Assembly: GCA_964244895.1 (NCBI GenBank) | Contig: CAXTKV010000042.1 | Coordinates: 1 to 30,148 of the forward strand | Length of the DNA stretch: 30,148 nucleotides | Direction: 5' to 3' | Origin: an uncultured Deinococcales bacterium | GTDB lineage: Bacteria > Deinococcota > Deinococci > Deinococcales > JAAFIG01 | Part shown: piece after piece, positions 8,531 through 16,706 of the stretch | Layout of the letters: each line of letters starts with the position of its first letter | How positions within the stretch are numbered: the stretch's first letter is position 1 | Made by a program: the position numbers and the translations under genes | The notes under the pieces: model-generated | What the model was told of the DNA's origin: nothing | Databases searched by the model: none | What the model saw: the letters and a program-made list of their open reading frames with translations, nothing else

Positions 8531-9649
8531 ATGAGCCAAGCCGTCAACCCGCAACCCACGCTCGAGCAGGCGGTCGTGAAATCCGCGACCCCGCTGCAAC
8601 TCGCGCTCAAACGGTTCCGCAAATCCAGGGCGGGCGTGGTCGGCTTCTGGATTCTGGTCGTGCTGTACACCGTCGCGCTCTTCGCGGGGTTCCTGGCGCC
8701 GTACAACATCACCGAACAGCACTACGAATTCCAGGCGCAACCGCCGCAACGCCTGCACCTGATTCACGACGGGCAACTGCGCTGGCCGTTCGTGTACCCC
8801 GCCAAAGTCACGCGCGACGCCGTGACCTTCGTCAAGACCTACACCGAGGACGCGACCGCGCCGCAACCGATCCGTTTGTTCGTGCAGGGCGAGGAGTACA
8901 ACCTGTTCGGCTTCATCAAGACCAAGCAGCACCTGTACGGCGTGGACGGCGGGTATTTCTTTCCGCTCGGCACCGACAAATTTGGGCGCTGCGTGCTTTC
9001 ACGAATGCTGGTCGGATCGCAGGTGTCCTTGACGGTCGGCGTGATCGGGATTCTGATCTCGTTCAGCATTGGGATTCTGATGGGCGGCATTTCTGGGTTT
9101 TACGGCGGCTGGGTGGATGCGCTAATTCAACGAATGATCGAGGTCTTACTTTCATTTCCGCGATTACCACTCCAGCTAGCGCTGGCCTACATCATTCCGG
9201 CAAGCGTGCCCAGCACAACCGTTTACCTTGGGATCGTCGGAGTTTTCGCCTTTATAGGATGGGCAGGTCTGGGACGCGTAATTCGCGGGCAAGTGCTGGC
9301 GATTCGCGGCACGGACTACGTGCAGGCCGCTCGAGCACTCGGGGCGAGTGATCTACGAATTATCCTACGGCACATCACGCCGAACCTGACCAGCTATTTG
9401 ATCGTGACTGCCACGGTCGCCCTGCCCAACTACATATTGGCCGAAAGCGCGCTGTCATTCCTGGGATTGGGCGTCAAGGAACCGATGACGAGTTGGGGTT
9501 TGATGCTCAAGGACGCGCAGAATTTCGAGACGCTCCGACTTTACCCGTGGTTGCTTGCACCCGGAGCCATGATCATCCTGAGCGTGATGGCCTTCAACTT
9601 CGCCGGTGACGCCCTGCGCGATGCGGCGGACGTGACCACGCGCAACTGA
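8531..9649 (+). CDS. ABC transporter permease, DppC/OppC type
   Basis: LGTDKFGR.VLSR...GSQVSL.VG; GG.VD..IQR; DYVQAARALGAS..RII.RHI.PN; ESALSFLGLGV..P..SWG. Confidence 0.95.
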   Translation: MSQAVNPQPTLEQAVVKSATPLQLALKRFRKSRAGVVGFWILVVLYTVALFAGFLAPYNITEQHYEFQAQPPQRLHLIHDGQLRWPFVYPAKVTRDAVTFVKTYTEDATAPQPIRLFVQGEEYNLFGFIKTKQHLYGVDGGYFFPLGTDKFGRCVLSRMLVGSQVSLTVGVIGILISFSIGILMGGISGFYGGWVDALIQRMIEVLLSFPRLPLQLALAYIIPASVPSTTVYLGIVGVFAFIGWAGLGRVIRGQVLAIRGTDYVQAARALGASDLRIILRHITPNLTSYLIVTATVALPNYILAESALSFLGLGVKEPMTSWGLMLKDAQNFETLRLYPWLLAPGAMIILSVMAFNFAGDALRDAADVTTRN

Positions 9650-9705
9650 GGCTCGATGAACGAATGCTGGAACTGGAATGCCGCCAAGACGCGGATTCTC
9701 GAGCG

Positions 9706-10467
9706 TCAAACGCAGGCGTTCGCCCTGTTCGACCACTCGAGTTGAACCGTGTACGCGCCGATTTGCTTGAACTTCCACGGGCAGATATCGCCGATCTCGC
9801 CGTTGGTGTCGTCGTACCAGCCCTGGCCGGGCACGGGATCGGTGATGGCCTCGCAGAGTTCGTGCGAACTGGTGGCGGTCAGGGCCTCGAAGATGGGCCG
9901 TCCACCACGGCAGCCGCTGCACTCCGGGTACGGCATGACGGCGTAGTACAGGCCCTCGCGGATGCTGTTGTGATAGCCGCAGAAAACCTTGCACGAGGCA
10001 TCCTGACCGTCGGTGACCGTCACGCCCGGTGGCAAATAAATGAAATACAGCCTGTCCGCCGTCGGCGCGGGCGCGGCGTTATCGGCGATGCGCTGCTCGA
10101 GGAATCGCCGGATCGACGCATCGGTGGTCGTCGCGCGCGGTGCGGGCGCGCTCGAGGTCAACGAACCGATGAAACTGCCGCGACCGATGACCTTGCCGGG
10201 AACATCGTATTCACCCATGGCATCCAGCAACGGACTGGTCACGATGAACTCGAAGAAGGCGTTCAGTTGACCCGAGAGCGCCAGCATTTCAGCCTCCTTC
10301 CAGGCACTGCCCCAGAAAATCGTGAAGACCTCGACCGATTGCAACAACGGCCCGCCCCTGTAGGTCAGTTGCGGCGAGGCGGCCTTCTCGAGCGCAACCT
10401 GTCCTGGCTTAAAGAGTGGCACGATGCGAATTGGGGTGGTTTTGCTCGCGGCGCTGGCTTTCGTCAT
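9706..10467 (-). CDS. PHI-1/EXORDIUM-like protein (bacterial homologue)
   Basis: LTYRGGPLL..V.VF.IFWG, FCGYH, SHELCEAITDP, GWYD...GEIGDIC, VQLEWSN...C motifs. ATG 10467 follows SD AGGAGG. Confidence 0.7.
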   Translation of the reverse strand: MTKASAASKTTPIRIVPLFKPGQVALEKAASPQLTYRGGPLLQSVEVFTIFWGSAWKEAEMLALSGQLNAFFEFIVTSPLLDAMGEYDVPGKVIGRGSFIGSLTSSAPAPRATTTDASIRRFLEQRIADNAAPAPTADRLYFIYLPPGVTVTDGQDASCKVFCGYHNSIREGLYYAVMPYPECSGCRGGRPIFEALTATSSHELCEAITDPVPGQGWYDDTNGEIGDICPWKFKQIGAYTVQLEWSNRANACV

Positions 10468-10676
10468 GGTGCCTCCTGTTGCCGGAGTTCGAGGCTCGCG
10501 CTTCCGGACGGTGATGGCATTCTCGAGACGCGCCATTCAGAGCATGCCAGCGCGCTCGGGGTGAACGACCTGGATCGGTTCGGAATCTCGCGCCGTTGCG
10601 GTCATGCCCGAGGGCGCGTTCTTCTCGACTATACGCGGGTTTCAGAGCGCGATCTGAGGCCTCGCGCGCTTATGCA

Positions 10677-10725
10677 CTACATCGTCCAGGACGACATGCT
10701 CGAGACTGCATCCAGGACGGTCTCG
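10677..10725. repeat. Dispersed palindromic doublet (degenerate), spacing 26 bp
   Basis: CTACATCGT ccagg ACGAC ... GCAT ccagg ACGGTCTCG; centres 10688 and 10714. Confidence 0.7.
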
Positions 10726-10805
10726 CTCGGTCGCAATGCGCGCGGTACATCTGCCCTGTTCGCTTTTCATCTCGGGCACTCATCGCGCGCGGCTATACTT
10801 CTCAC

Positions 10806-11321
10806 ATGAGATTCGTATCCCTGGCAATCGTGGCGGTCTGGGTGGCGCTCGACCAGTGGCTCAAAGCCTACGTCGTGGCCAACGTACCGTTGAACAATTA
10901 CAACGCGCCCGTGGACGTGATTCCCGGATTCCTTTCTTTCGTTCACACCACCAACATCGGCGCGGCCTGGAGCCTCTTTTCCGGCAGCCCGATGATTTTG
11001 ACCATCGTGCGGGTCGTGGTCGGCGCGGGCATCCTGTATTACATCTGGCAGAACGCCGCCAAACTGCCGCGCGTGCAGATCATCGCGTTCTCGTTGATCG
11101 TCGGCGGCGCGTTCGGCAACGCGATCGACGGCGCGTTCCGGGGGCACGTGGTGGACATGCTCTTGTCTCACACGCTGACCGCGATTTACAGACCGATCTT
11201 CGGAACGCTCTACCCGATTTTCAACATCGCGGACATCGGCGTGGTCTCGGGCGTGATTCTCTTGTTGATCACCAGCTTGTTCGCGCCCAAAGCCAAGACC
11301 GCCAACCCGAGCGCGGGCTAG
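10806..11321 (+). CDS. lspA: Lipoprotein signal peptidase (signal peptidase II)
   Basis: LDQ..K, N.GAAWS, GGA.GNAID, G.VVD, FNIAD motifs. TATACT lies 6 nt before ATG 10806. Confidence 0.95.
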   Translation: MRFVSLAIVAVWVALDQWLKAYVVANVPLNNYNAPVDVIPGFLSFVHTTNIGAAWSLFSGSPMILTIVRVVVGAGILYYIWQNAAKLPRVQIIAFSLIVGGAFGNAIDGAFRGHVVDMLLSHTLTAIYRPIFGTLYPIFNIADIGVVSGVILLLITSLFAPKAKTANPSAG

Positions 11322-11329
11322 GCCAGACC

Positions 11330-11752
11330 GTGCGCGAGTCCCGTTGGCGCGACCTTCGCGGCTTGCATGTGGGCGGCAAATACTGGCGGCGCGGCTGGAC
11401 GGATCGCTGGTTCCGCGACGGCAACCGCCGCGCGGAATTGAAACGCGCGCTCGGGCCGCGAGGTGTGCCGCCTCGAACCGAAACCGATGCTCGAGTCTTC
11501 AGGCTGACGCGCAGCCTGGATGGGAACATCGCGCTGTTGGAGCTTTCCAGCGGCGGCGACGATGCGCAGCGCGTTCACGAGCTGGCCGCGCTGGTCAACG
11601 ATCACATCAATTACTTGGCGTGGTTGCGCCGCCAGGACGACGATGCGCTCGAGCTCGCGATCGCCGAACGCCTCGTGCTGCACGACCTGATGGCGCTTTG
11701 CAGGTTGGTGCGCTGGTTGCTGGGCGCGGGTGGACGACCGAAGGACGCGTAA
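11330..11752 (+). CDS. Hypothetical protein (~140 aa; basic N-terminus, helical C-terminus)
   Basis: GTG a few nt after the lspA stop; fills the gap up to a repeat element; host-like codon usage; family not recognised. Confidence 0.6.
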   Translation: MRESRWRDLRGLHVGGKYWRRGWTDRWFRDGNRRAELKRALGPRGVPPRTETDARVFRLTRSLDGNIALLELSSGGDDAQRVHELAALVNDHINYLAWLRRQDDDALELAIAERLVLHDLMALCRLVRWLLGAGGRPKDA

Positions 11753-11810
11753 GAACACCGTCCCAGACGGTATTTCCTAATCTCGAGAATATGCGTGCCA
11801 GATGGTGCTC
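11753..11810. repeat. Dispersed palindromic doublet, spacing 35 bp
   Basis: GAACACCGT cccag ACGGTATTT ... TGCGT gccag ATGGTGCTC; centres 11764 and 11799. Confidence 0.85.
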
Positions 11811-11852
11811 CCACACATCACGCTTCCTCGAGACCTGATCGCGAGGATCGCT

Positions 11853-12806
11853 TCAGATCGCTTCAAACTCGAGCCAGCGTCGCGGGTTGCTGACGAGCAA
11901 TTCAGAGACGATCTCTGGGCTCAATCCCGCCTCGAGCAGCATGGCGCGAACGGTGGTCGGTACGTGTTCCAGGCCGGGGCCGCCACCGTAAGATTTGAAA
12001 TACGATTTGCGCGCCATGTCGCCGCCCAGGATCAGTTGTCTGTGGTGTCCGGCCTGACAGAGTTTCACGACCAGGTTCACGCGGTCACGGTCGGGCAAGT
12101 ATTTTTCCTTGCCGAACTGGTCGAAACCCAGGTTCACGCCCAATGCGGCAATCTCGAGCAGGTACGGCAGGTCGGGTTTCAAGTCCAGATGCCCGATCAA
12201 AACCTTGCTCGCGGGCACGCCGCCGTCCAGCAACAACCGCCCCTGCTCGAGCCCCCAGGTTCCTTTTTCGGTGTGCGTACCGACGGGTGCGGCGGTCGCG
12301 TGGTGCGCCTCGATCGCGGCTTCAAAAACCTTCAACTCGTTCGGGTTCGCACCGTTCAGACTGGAAGACGCCTTGATCAGACCCGCTCTGGCGCGGCTGT
12401 ACTCCTCGAACGGTATGGGCTTTTCGGGCATCGACCAGGCCACGCCCTGTTGCACCTCGCGGATCATCCAGGCCGCAATCTCGGGGACGCTGCGGCTGGC
12501 GCTCAGGCGATCCGCGAAAACCCCTTTGTTGAAGCCCGTCGCGGCGATCACGTGAACGCCCGAATCCCGCGAGGCCCACTCGAGCCTGAGCGCGTCCCGC
12601 CCGTAATCCACGGTCGTCATCTCGACCAGCGCGCCGCCCCCGGCGCGTTTGAAGGACTCGAGTTCTCGGGTCGCGGCTTGCACGTCGTCCATCACCAGAT
12701 CGGCGTCCGTCACGTCCGCTGGCGGGTGCGTCATCAGGTGGTCGTGGCCGAGCGTCACGCCCAATTTTTCGGGCGAGATATCACCCAGCACGGTTCGGAT
12801 GATCAC
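11853..12806 (-). CDS. Phosphotriesterase-related amidohydrolase (PTE/PHP family)
   Basis: IRTVLG.I....LG.TL.HDHL (HxH), T..DYGRD, ATGF, G.IK, THT, IGHLD, FDQFG, GGDMAR. Start placed at GTG 12806 after GGGAG; the ORF extends to 12851. Confidence 0.9.
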   Translation of the reverse strand: MIIRTVLGDISPEKLGVTLGHDHLMTHPPADVTDADLVMDDVQAATRELESFKRAGGGALVEMTTVDYGRDALRLEWASRDSGVHVIAATGFNKGVFADRLSASRSVPEIAAWMIREVQQGVAWSMPEKPIPFEEYSRARAGLIKASSSLNGANPNELKVFEAAIEAHHATAAPVGTHTEKGTWGLEQGRLLLDGGVPASKVLIGHLDLKPDLPYLLEIAALGVNLGFDQFGKEKYLPDRDRVNLVVKLCQAGHHRQLILGGDMARKSYFKSYGGGPGLEHVPTTVRAMLLEAGLSPEIVSELLVSNPRRWLEFEAI

Positions 12807-12834
12807 AGCGGAGCTCCCGTCCCGGACGATTCGC

Positions 12835-13302
12835 TCACGGCGCGGCTCCAAGTATTTTTTTCATGTGTACCGCGTCCGTGCCCTGCACGGGAACCCGGTG
12901 CGTTTCGACGTACCCCAACCGGGCATACATCTCGAGCAAGCGCGTGTAGCGTTCGTTGGTGAAGAGCGTCAGGGCGCGCAAGCCGAGTTCTCGGGCTCTG
13001 GTTTCGGCGAAGGCCAACAAGCGCCGCCCGTTTCCCTTCGATTGCTTGACCTTCCCGACCGCGACGGTATCAATGTACAGGTCGTCCGGGTTGGCCTTCA
13101 TCTCGAGTACGCCGATGATCTCGGATTGCTCCTCGAGCACCCAGACCTCGTGATGGACAATTAAGTCGGTGTGATCCGCCGTCATCGGTAGGGGTTTGCG
13201 CCCGATCAACGGAATGTAGTCCGCGAAGGCCGCATCCACCAGTTCGCGGATTGCGGTTAAATCCTCGAGCCGAGCGCGGCGCAACGCCATCTTAATTGCC
13301 AC
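12835..13302 (-). CDS. GNAT-family N-acetyltransferase
   Basis: LR.A...DL.AI..LV.AAF..YIP.IGRKP.PM; acetyl-CoA motif VAV....Q.KG.GRRLL.FAE; Y.RLGY. The start could be ATG 13290. Confidence 0.9.
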   Translation of the reverse strand: MAIKMALRRARLEDLTAIRELVDAAFADYIPLIGRKPLPMTADHTDLIVHHEVWVLEEQSEIIGVLEMKANPDDLYIDTVAVGKVKQSKGNGRRLLAFAETRARELGLRALTLFTNERYTRLLEMYARLGYVETHRVPVQGTDAVHMKKILGAAP

Positions 13303-13507
13303 GGGCGATCTCGACCCGGTCGCGGTGATCGTCGTAGGCGTCGCCGAAGCGTTTGGCGGGTTCTTCCTCGCCCAATTTCCACGCGCCCGTCAGCACCGAC
13401 GGCGCTTGGCCGCGCACCAGGCGCTGGCGGCCCGGATGCGTTCGAGTCGCGTCTCGGGCACGCTTCGGGCTCGCTCCGCATTCCAGGGCATATTTCGGGT
13501 CAATCAT
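13292..13507 (-). pseudogene. Small ORF, possible remnant of an isoprenylcysteine/phospholipid methyltransferase-family gene
   Basis: Has SD GGAG and overlaps the GNAT start. The C-terminus EEEPAKRFGDAYDDHRDRV resembles the ICMT-family EE..L..RFG.AY..Y..RV tail, but no TM helices remain. Confidence 0.3.
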
Positions 13508-13525
13508 CGGCGTCTCCGTGCGGCG

Positions 13526-13573
13526 AAAGAGCGTCCTGGACGGTGTTCTACATTCGCGTCGCAGACGGTATTC
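13526..13573. repeat. Dispersed palindromic doublet (two right-type arms), spacing 25 bp
   Basis: GCGT cctgg ACGGTGTTC ... CGCGT cgcag ACGGTATTC; centres 13537 and 13562; overlaps the GntR2 stop codon. Confidence 0.85.
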
Positions 13574-14384
13574 ACGCGCTCGAGATCGCGTTCTCGGGCG
13601 TCTTCAATCCGATGCGCGTGTTGTCGCCTTCGAGGGTCACGCGAAACGAGCACTTGTCGGCGCGCCCGAAGCGTTCGGTGAATTCCAGGAACGCGCCCGT
13701 GTCGGTGGTGACGGTGCGTTGCGTGTACAGCGCGGGCGCGCCGCGTTTGATGCCCAGCAACTTGGCGAGCTTCGGGTCGGCGGTGATCGCCTCGACGGTT
13801 TCGTCGCCGGTGGCGAAGTGCAGGCGGTACGCGCGGGTCAGCGTCTCGTAGAGCGACCCGTTCAAGTCGCGTTCCAGCAAACCCGGCGTGAGCGCGTGGT
13901 TGATGTGCGCCCGCTCGAGCATCAAGGGTTCGCCATCCGCAAGCCGCAATCGCGTGATGACCGCGACCGCACCACCGCGCGGCAAGCGCAAGGCTCGAGC
14001 CACGCGAATCGAGGCGGCTTCGAGCTTGGCCTCGATCAATCTCGAGCCGGGGTTCATGCCCGCCTGGCGCATGTTCTGGCTGAACCCGGTGATGCGTTTC
14101 AGGGGTTGTTCGACCTTGGCCGGAGATGGAAACGTGCCGCGTCCCTGACGGCGCACCAGCCAGCCCTCGAGTTCCAGTTCGTGGATCGCCTGGCGCACCG
14201 TGGCCCGAGCAATGCCCAGGCGTTCGCTCATCTCTCGTTCGGACGGCAGCGGTTGATCGTCGCGCCAGTGCCCGACGGTCAATGCGCGTTGCAGCGCGTC
14301 CCGGAGTTGGCGGTACAGCGGCACGGTGGCGCTCGGGTCGAGCTGCGCGAGCGCTTCGGGAAATGGCGTCTGTGGGCTGGTCAA
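13572..14384 (-). CDS. GntR-family regulator, HutC subfamily (wHTH + UTRA), second copy
   Basis: PLYRQL...LPSEREM..RLGI.R.TVRQAI.ELE.EG.LVRRQGRGTF; UTRA RLR.ADGEPL.LE, SLY. Confidence 0.92.
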   Translation of the reverse strand: MTSPQTPFPEALAQLDPSATVPLYRQLRDALQRALTVGHWRDDQPLPSEREMSERLGIARATVRQAIHELELEGWLVRRQGRGTFPSPAKVEQPLKRITGFSQNMRQAGMNPGSRLIEAKLEAASIRVARALRLPRGGAVAVITRLRLADGEPLMLERAHINHALTPGLLERDLNGSLYETLTRAYRLHFATGDETVEAITADPKLAKLLGIKRGAPALYTQRTVTTDTGAFLEFTERFGRADKCSFRVTLEGDNTRIGLKTPENAISSA

Positions 14385-14451
14385 GGCGTCACGCTCGAGT
14401 CCCTTTCGGCGGGCGGTTGAGTTGAAGATCGCGAAGGTTTCAAGATTCGGT

Positions 14452-14470
14452 GGTTCGTACCTTTATAGTA
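14452..14470 (-). promoter_or_regulatory. Candidate -10 (TACTAT) with an adjacent GGT-N4-ACC GntR-type operator
   Basis: Minus strand TACTAT aaa GGTACGAACC, about 70 nt upstream of GntR2. Confidence 0.4.
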
Positions 14471-14647
14471 CGCGCCCAGCTCAAACGCGAACCCGCCACT
14501 CGAACCCATTCGGGTCTTTTAAAGGGGTGACGCACACCTCCCAAACCGTCTCCGTCGGGGTCGGTCTCGGCGGAACGGGCGTCCGTGTGGCAGCGCCGAC
14601 GGGGGCCGCGCAGCGCGATCACGATGCGCGCGGAAACCTTCGGGTCG

Positions 14648-14685
14648 GTCGTGCCCGTTCAGAAATGTCGTGCCCGTTCAGAAAT
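14648..14685. repeat. Perfect 19-bp tandem duplication
   Basis: GTCGTGCCCGTTCAGAAAT x2 (14648-14666 and 14667-14685). Confidence 0.95.
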
Positions 14686-15008
14686 TCAGCCATCTCGGGG
14701 ACGCGACTGCGCGCCAACGACAGCGATCACGGGCCGGTGGCGCACCTATTCGCGCGGGATGACGCCACGATCAGGCGCGTATCCGACGCGCCCAAAGCGG
14801 GACGGTCAGCGTCAACAACGGTGCCATCAACACGAATGGCGCGCCCTAAGACGGCTGGAAGGATTCGGGTTTCGGCACGAAGTTGGGTCGGCGCGGCATC
14901 GTGGAGTACGTCGAGCCCAAACGCGCTAAGGTGCAACTGTGAGCACACCATCGCCGACAATCCGCGCCGGGAACGACCCGCGCAACGCGCTGATTCTCGA
15001 GATGACAG

Positions 15009-15031
15009 TAACGCCGTCCCAGACGGTGTTA
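15009..15031. repeat. Single full palindromic site of the dispersed family
   Basis: TAACGCCGT cccag ACGGTGTTA; no clear partner. Confidence 0.85.
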
Positions 15032-15087
15032 CCGGGGTTTTCTCGAACCGACGAGACTTCCGGGTTCGACCGCTCAGGGTTATCGAT

Positions 15088-15537
15088 GTGAACGCCCGCT
15101 ACGTCCACACGAACCTGGTCGCGCGCGACTGGAAGCGCCTGGCACAATTTTACGAGGACGTGTTCGGTTGCGTGCCTGTGCCGCCTGAACGCGATTATTC
15201 GGGCGACCTGCTCGAGAGATTAGCGAATCTCTCGGGTGCGCGCCAGCGCGGGATGCACCTGAGATTGCCCGGCTTCGGGGATGACGGTCCGACGCTCGAG
15301 ATCTTCGAATACGAACCCGCGCTGAAAAAACCCGAAACGATGGTCAACCGCCAGGGTTTCGGGCACATCGCCTTCGTGGTGGACGACGTGCAAACTGCAC
15401 TCGAGATGGTGATTGCGTCGGGCGGCGGTGCGGTCGGTGAGCTCGTGACGCTGACCCGAGCCGATGGAAAACGCGTGACGGTCGTGTACGCAACCGATCC
15501 CGAGGGCAACGTGGTCGAGCTTCAGAGGTGGTCGTGA
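15088..15537 (+). CDS. VOC (glyoxalase/bleomycin-resistance) family protein
   Basis: YVHTNLVA.DW..LA.FY..VFG, LEIF.Y, G.GHIAF.VDDV, Y..DPEGN.VEL motifs. This is the real 3' part of the 14326-15537 ORF. Confidence 0.9.
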   Translation: MNARYVHTNLVARDWKRLAQFYEDVFGCVPVPPERDYSGDLLERLANLSGARQRGMHLRLPGFGDDGPTLEIFEYEPALKKPETMVNRQGFGHIAFVVDDVQTALEMVIASGGGAVGELVTLTRADGKRVTVVYATDPEGNVVELQRWS

Positions 15538-15542
15538 CGAAA

Positions 15543-15590
15543 GAACATCGTTCGGCACGCATCTCAAGAATACCGTCAGGGACGATGTTA
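15543..15590. repeat. Dispersed palindromic doublet, spacing 25 bp
   Basis: GAACATCGT tcggc ACGCA ... GAATACCGT caggg ACGATGTTA; centres 15554 and 15579; the last bases overlap the aldolase -10 (TAAGGT). Confidence 0.8.
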
Positions 15591-15600
15591 AGGTGAATCC

Positions 15601-16599
15601 ATGCTGCTCAATCCATTGCAGGCCCGCACGGTTTTCAAGCACGCGCTCGAGCACCATTACGCCGTCCTGGCGGTCAACGCGGATTCGCCCGCCGCCGTCA
15701 ACGATTGCCTCGAGGCCGCGCTTCAGGCGAACGCGCCGATCATCATCGAGACGAGCTTGTGGCAACTGACGGGTCATAGCTTCGGCATGGGAGACGCGTG
15801 GCTGGGCATGAAACGCTTCATCGCGCAGCTTGAGGTGATGGCCCAGAGCGAGCGCTACGCGAAGATTCCGGTGCTGTACCACACCGATCACATCAAGGGC
15901 GCGGTCGCGCTGCCGCTCTTGAACGATGCCGTGCGCGGCCTGCCGATGACCTTCGGCGGCGCGAGGGTGCTGCTTTCACCGTCCACGATTTCGCTGGATT
16001 CGTCGGAGCTTTCGGAGGCAGAAAATATCGACGCGATTCTCGAGTTGTGTACCACCGCCAATGACAGCGCCCGAGCCATCACGCTCGAGATGGAGGCGGG
16101 CGTGGACGATGGCCTGACGCCGTTAGACGTGGCGGAGCGTCTGTTGGGCGGGGTCGAATCGAAATCGCCGGGCAGGATCGCGCTCTGGGCTCCGGGCGTC
16201 GGTACGCGGCACGGCCTGGGCGACCAGGGCGGCTTCGACGCGGGCACGGTCGCGCAGCACCAGCTCTTCGCGTCACAACTGATCGGGCGACCCATCGGCA
16301 TCGCGCTGCACGGATCGTCGGGGTTGTCCACGGAAAGTTTGCGCGAGGCAGTCGCGGCGGGCGTCTCGAAGGTCAACTGGTCTTCGGAATCTTTGTTGCT
16401 GCGTTCCAGAACGGCGCTCGAGTTCTACCGGGCGCACACCGCGCAACTCGAGAAAACGCACCAGGATTGGAAAAACACCGCCATGGACAACGGCCTTCAG
16501 CGTTTCGTCTCAGAGCTCTACATCCCGAACGTGATTGAACGCATCGCGCTCCTGGGTGGCGCTGGGCGCGCGTCCGACCTGGCGCAGTTGCTCGAGTGA
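15601..16599 (+). CDS. Class II (metal-dependent) ketose-bisphosphate aldolase family, divergent
   Basis: YAVLAVN, P.IIE.S, HTDH, D.S, E.EAG, G.GT.HG, LHGSSG, G.SKVN motifs. Confidence 0.85.
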   Translation: MLLNPLQARTVFKHALEHHYAVLAVNADSPAAVNDCLEAALQANAPIIIETSLWQLTGHSFGMGDAWLGMKRFIAQLEVMAQSERYAKIPVLYHTDHIKGAVALPLLNDAVRGLPMTFGGARVLLSPSTISLDSSELSEAENIDAILELCTTANDSARAITLEMEAGVDDGLTPLDVAERLLGGVESKSPGRIALWAPGVGTRHGLGDQGGFDAGTVAQHQLFASQLIGRPIGIALHGSSGLSTESLREAVAAGVSKVNWSSESLLLRSRTALEFYRAHTAQLEKTHQDWKNTAMDNGLQRFVSELYIPNVIERIALLGGAGRASDLAQLLE

Positions 16600-16706
16600 A
16601 CCGTGTGACCCCAGCCTCAACCTGAAGTTCGGGATTCTCGAGATCAGCCGATGCCGCGGGCCTGAGTCCATGATCTGAACTTCACGTTTTGCGCGTAGGT
16701 TGAAGT

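Noticed and set aside
14326..15087. N-terminal 254 codons of the 403-aa ORF as a fused domain
   Set aside because: Overlaps GntR2 and its promoter, runs through repeats and has non-protein-like composition; only 15088-15537 is a VOC protein.
16682..16698. RDRM (DdrO box)-like 17-mer TCACGTTTTGCGCGTAG upstream of GH5; weaker one at 26689-26705
   Set aside because: Imperfect matches to a degenerate consensus upstream of genes with no DNA-repair link; a PWM scan would be needed.
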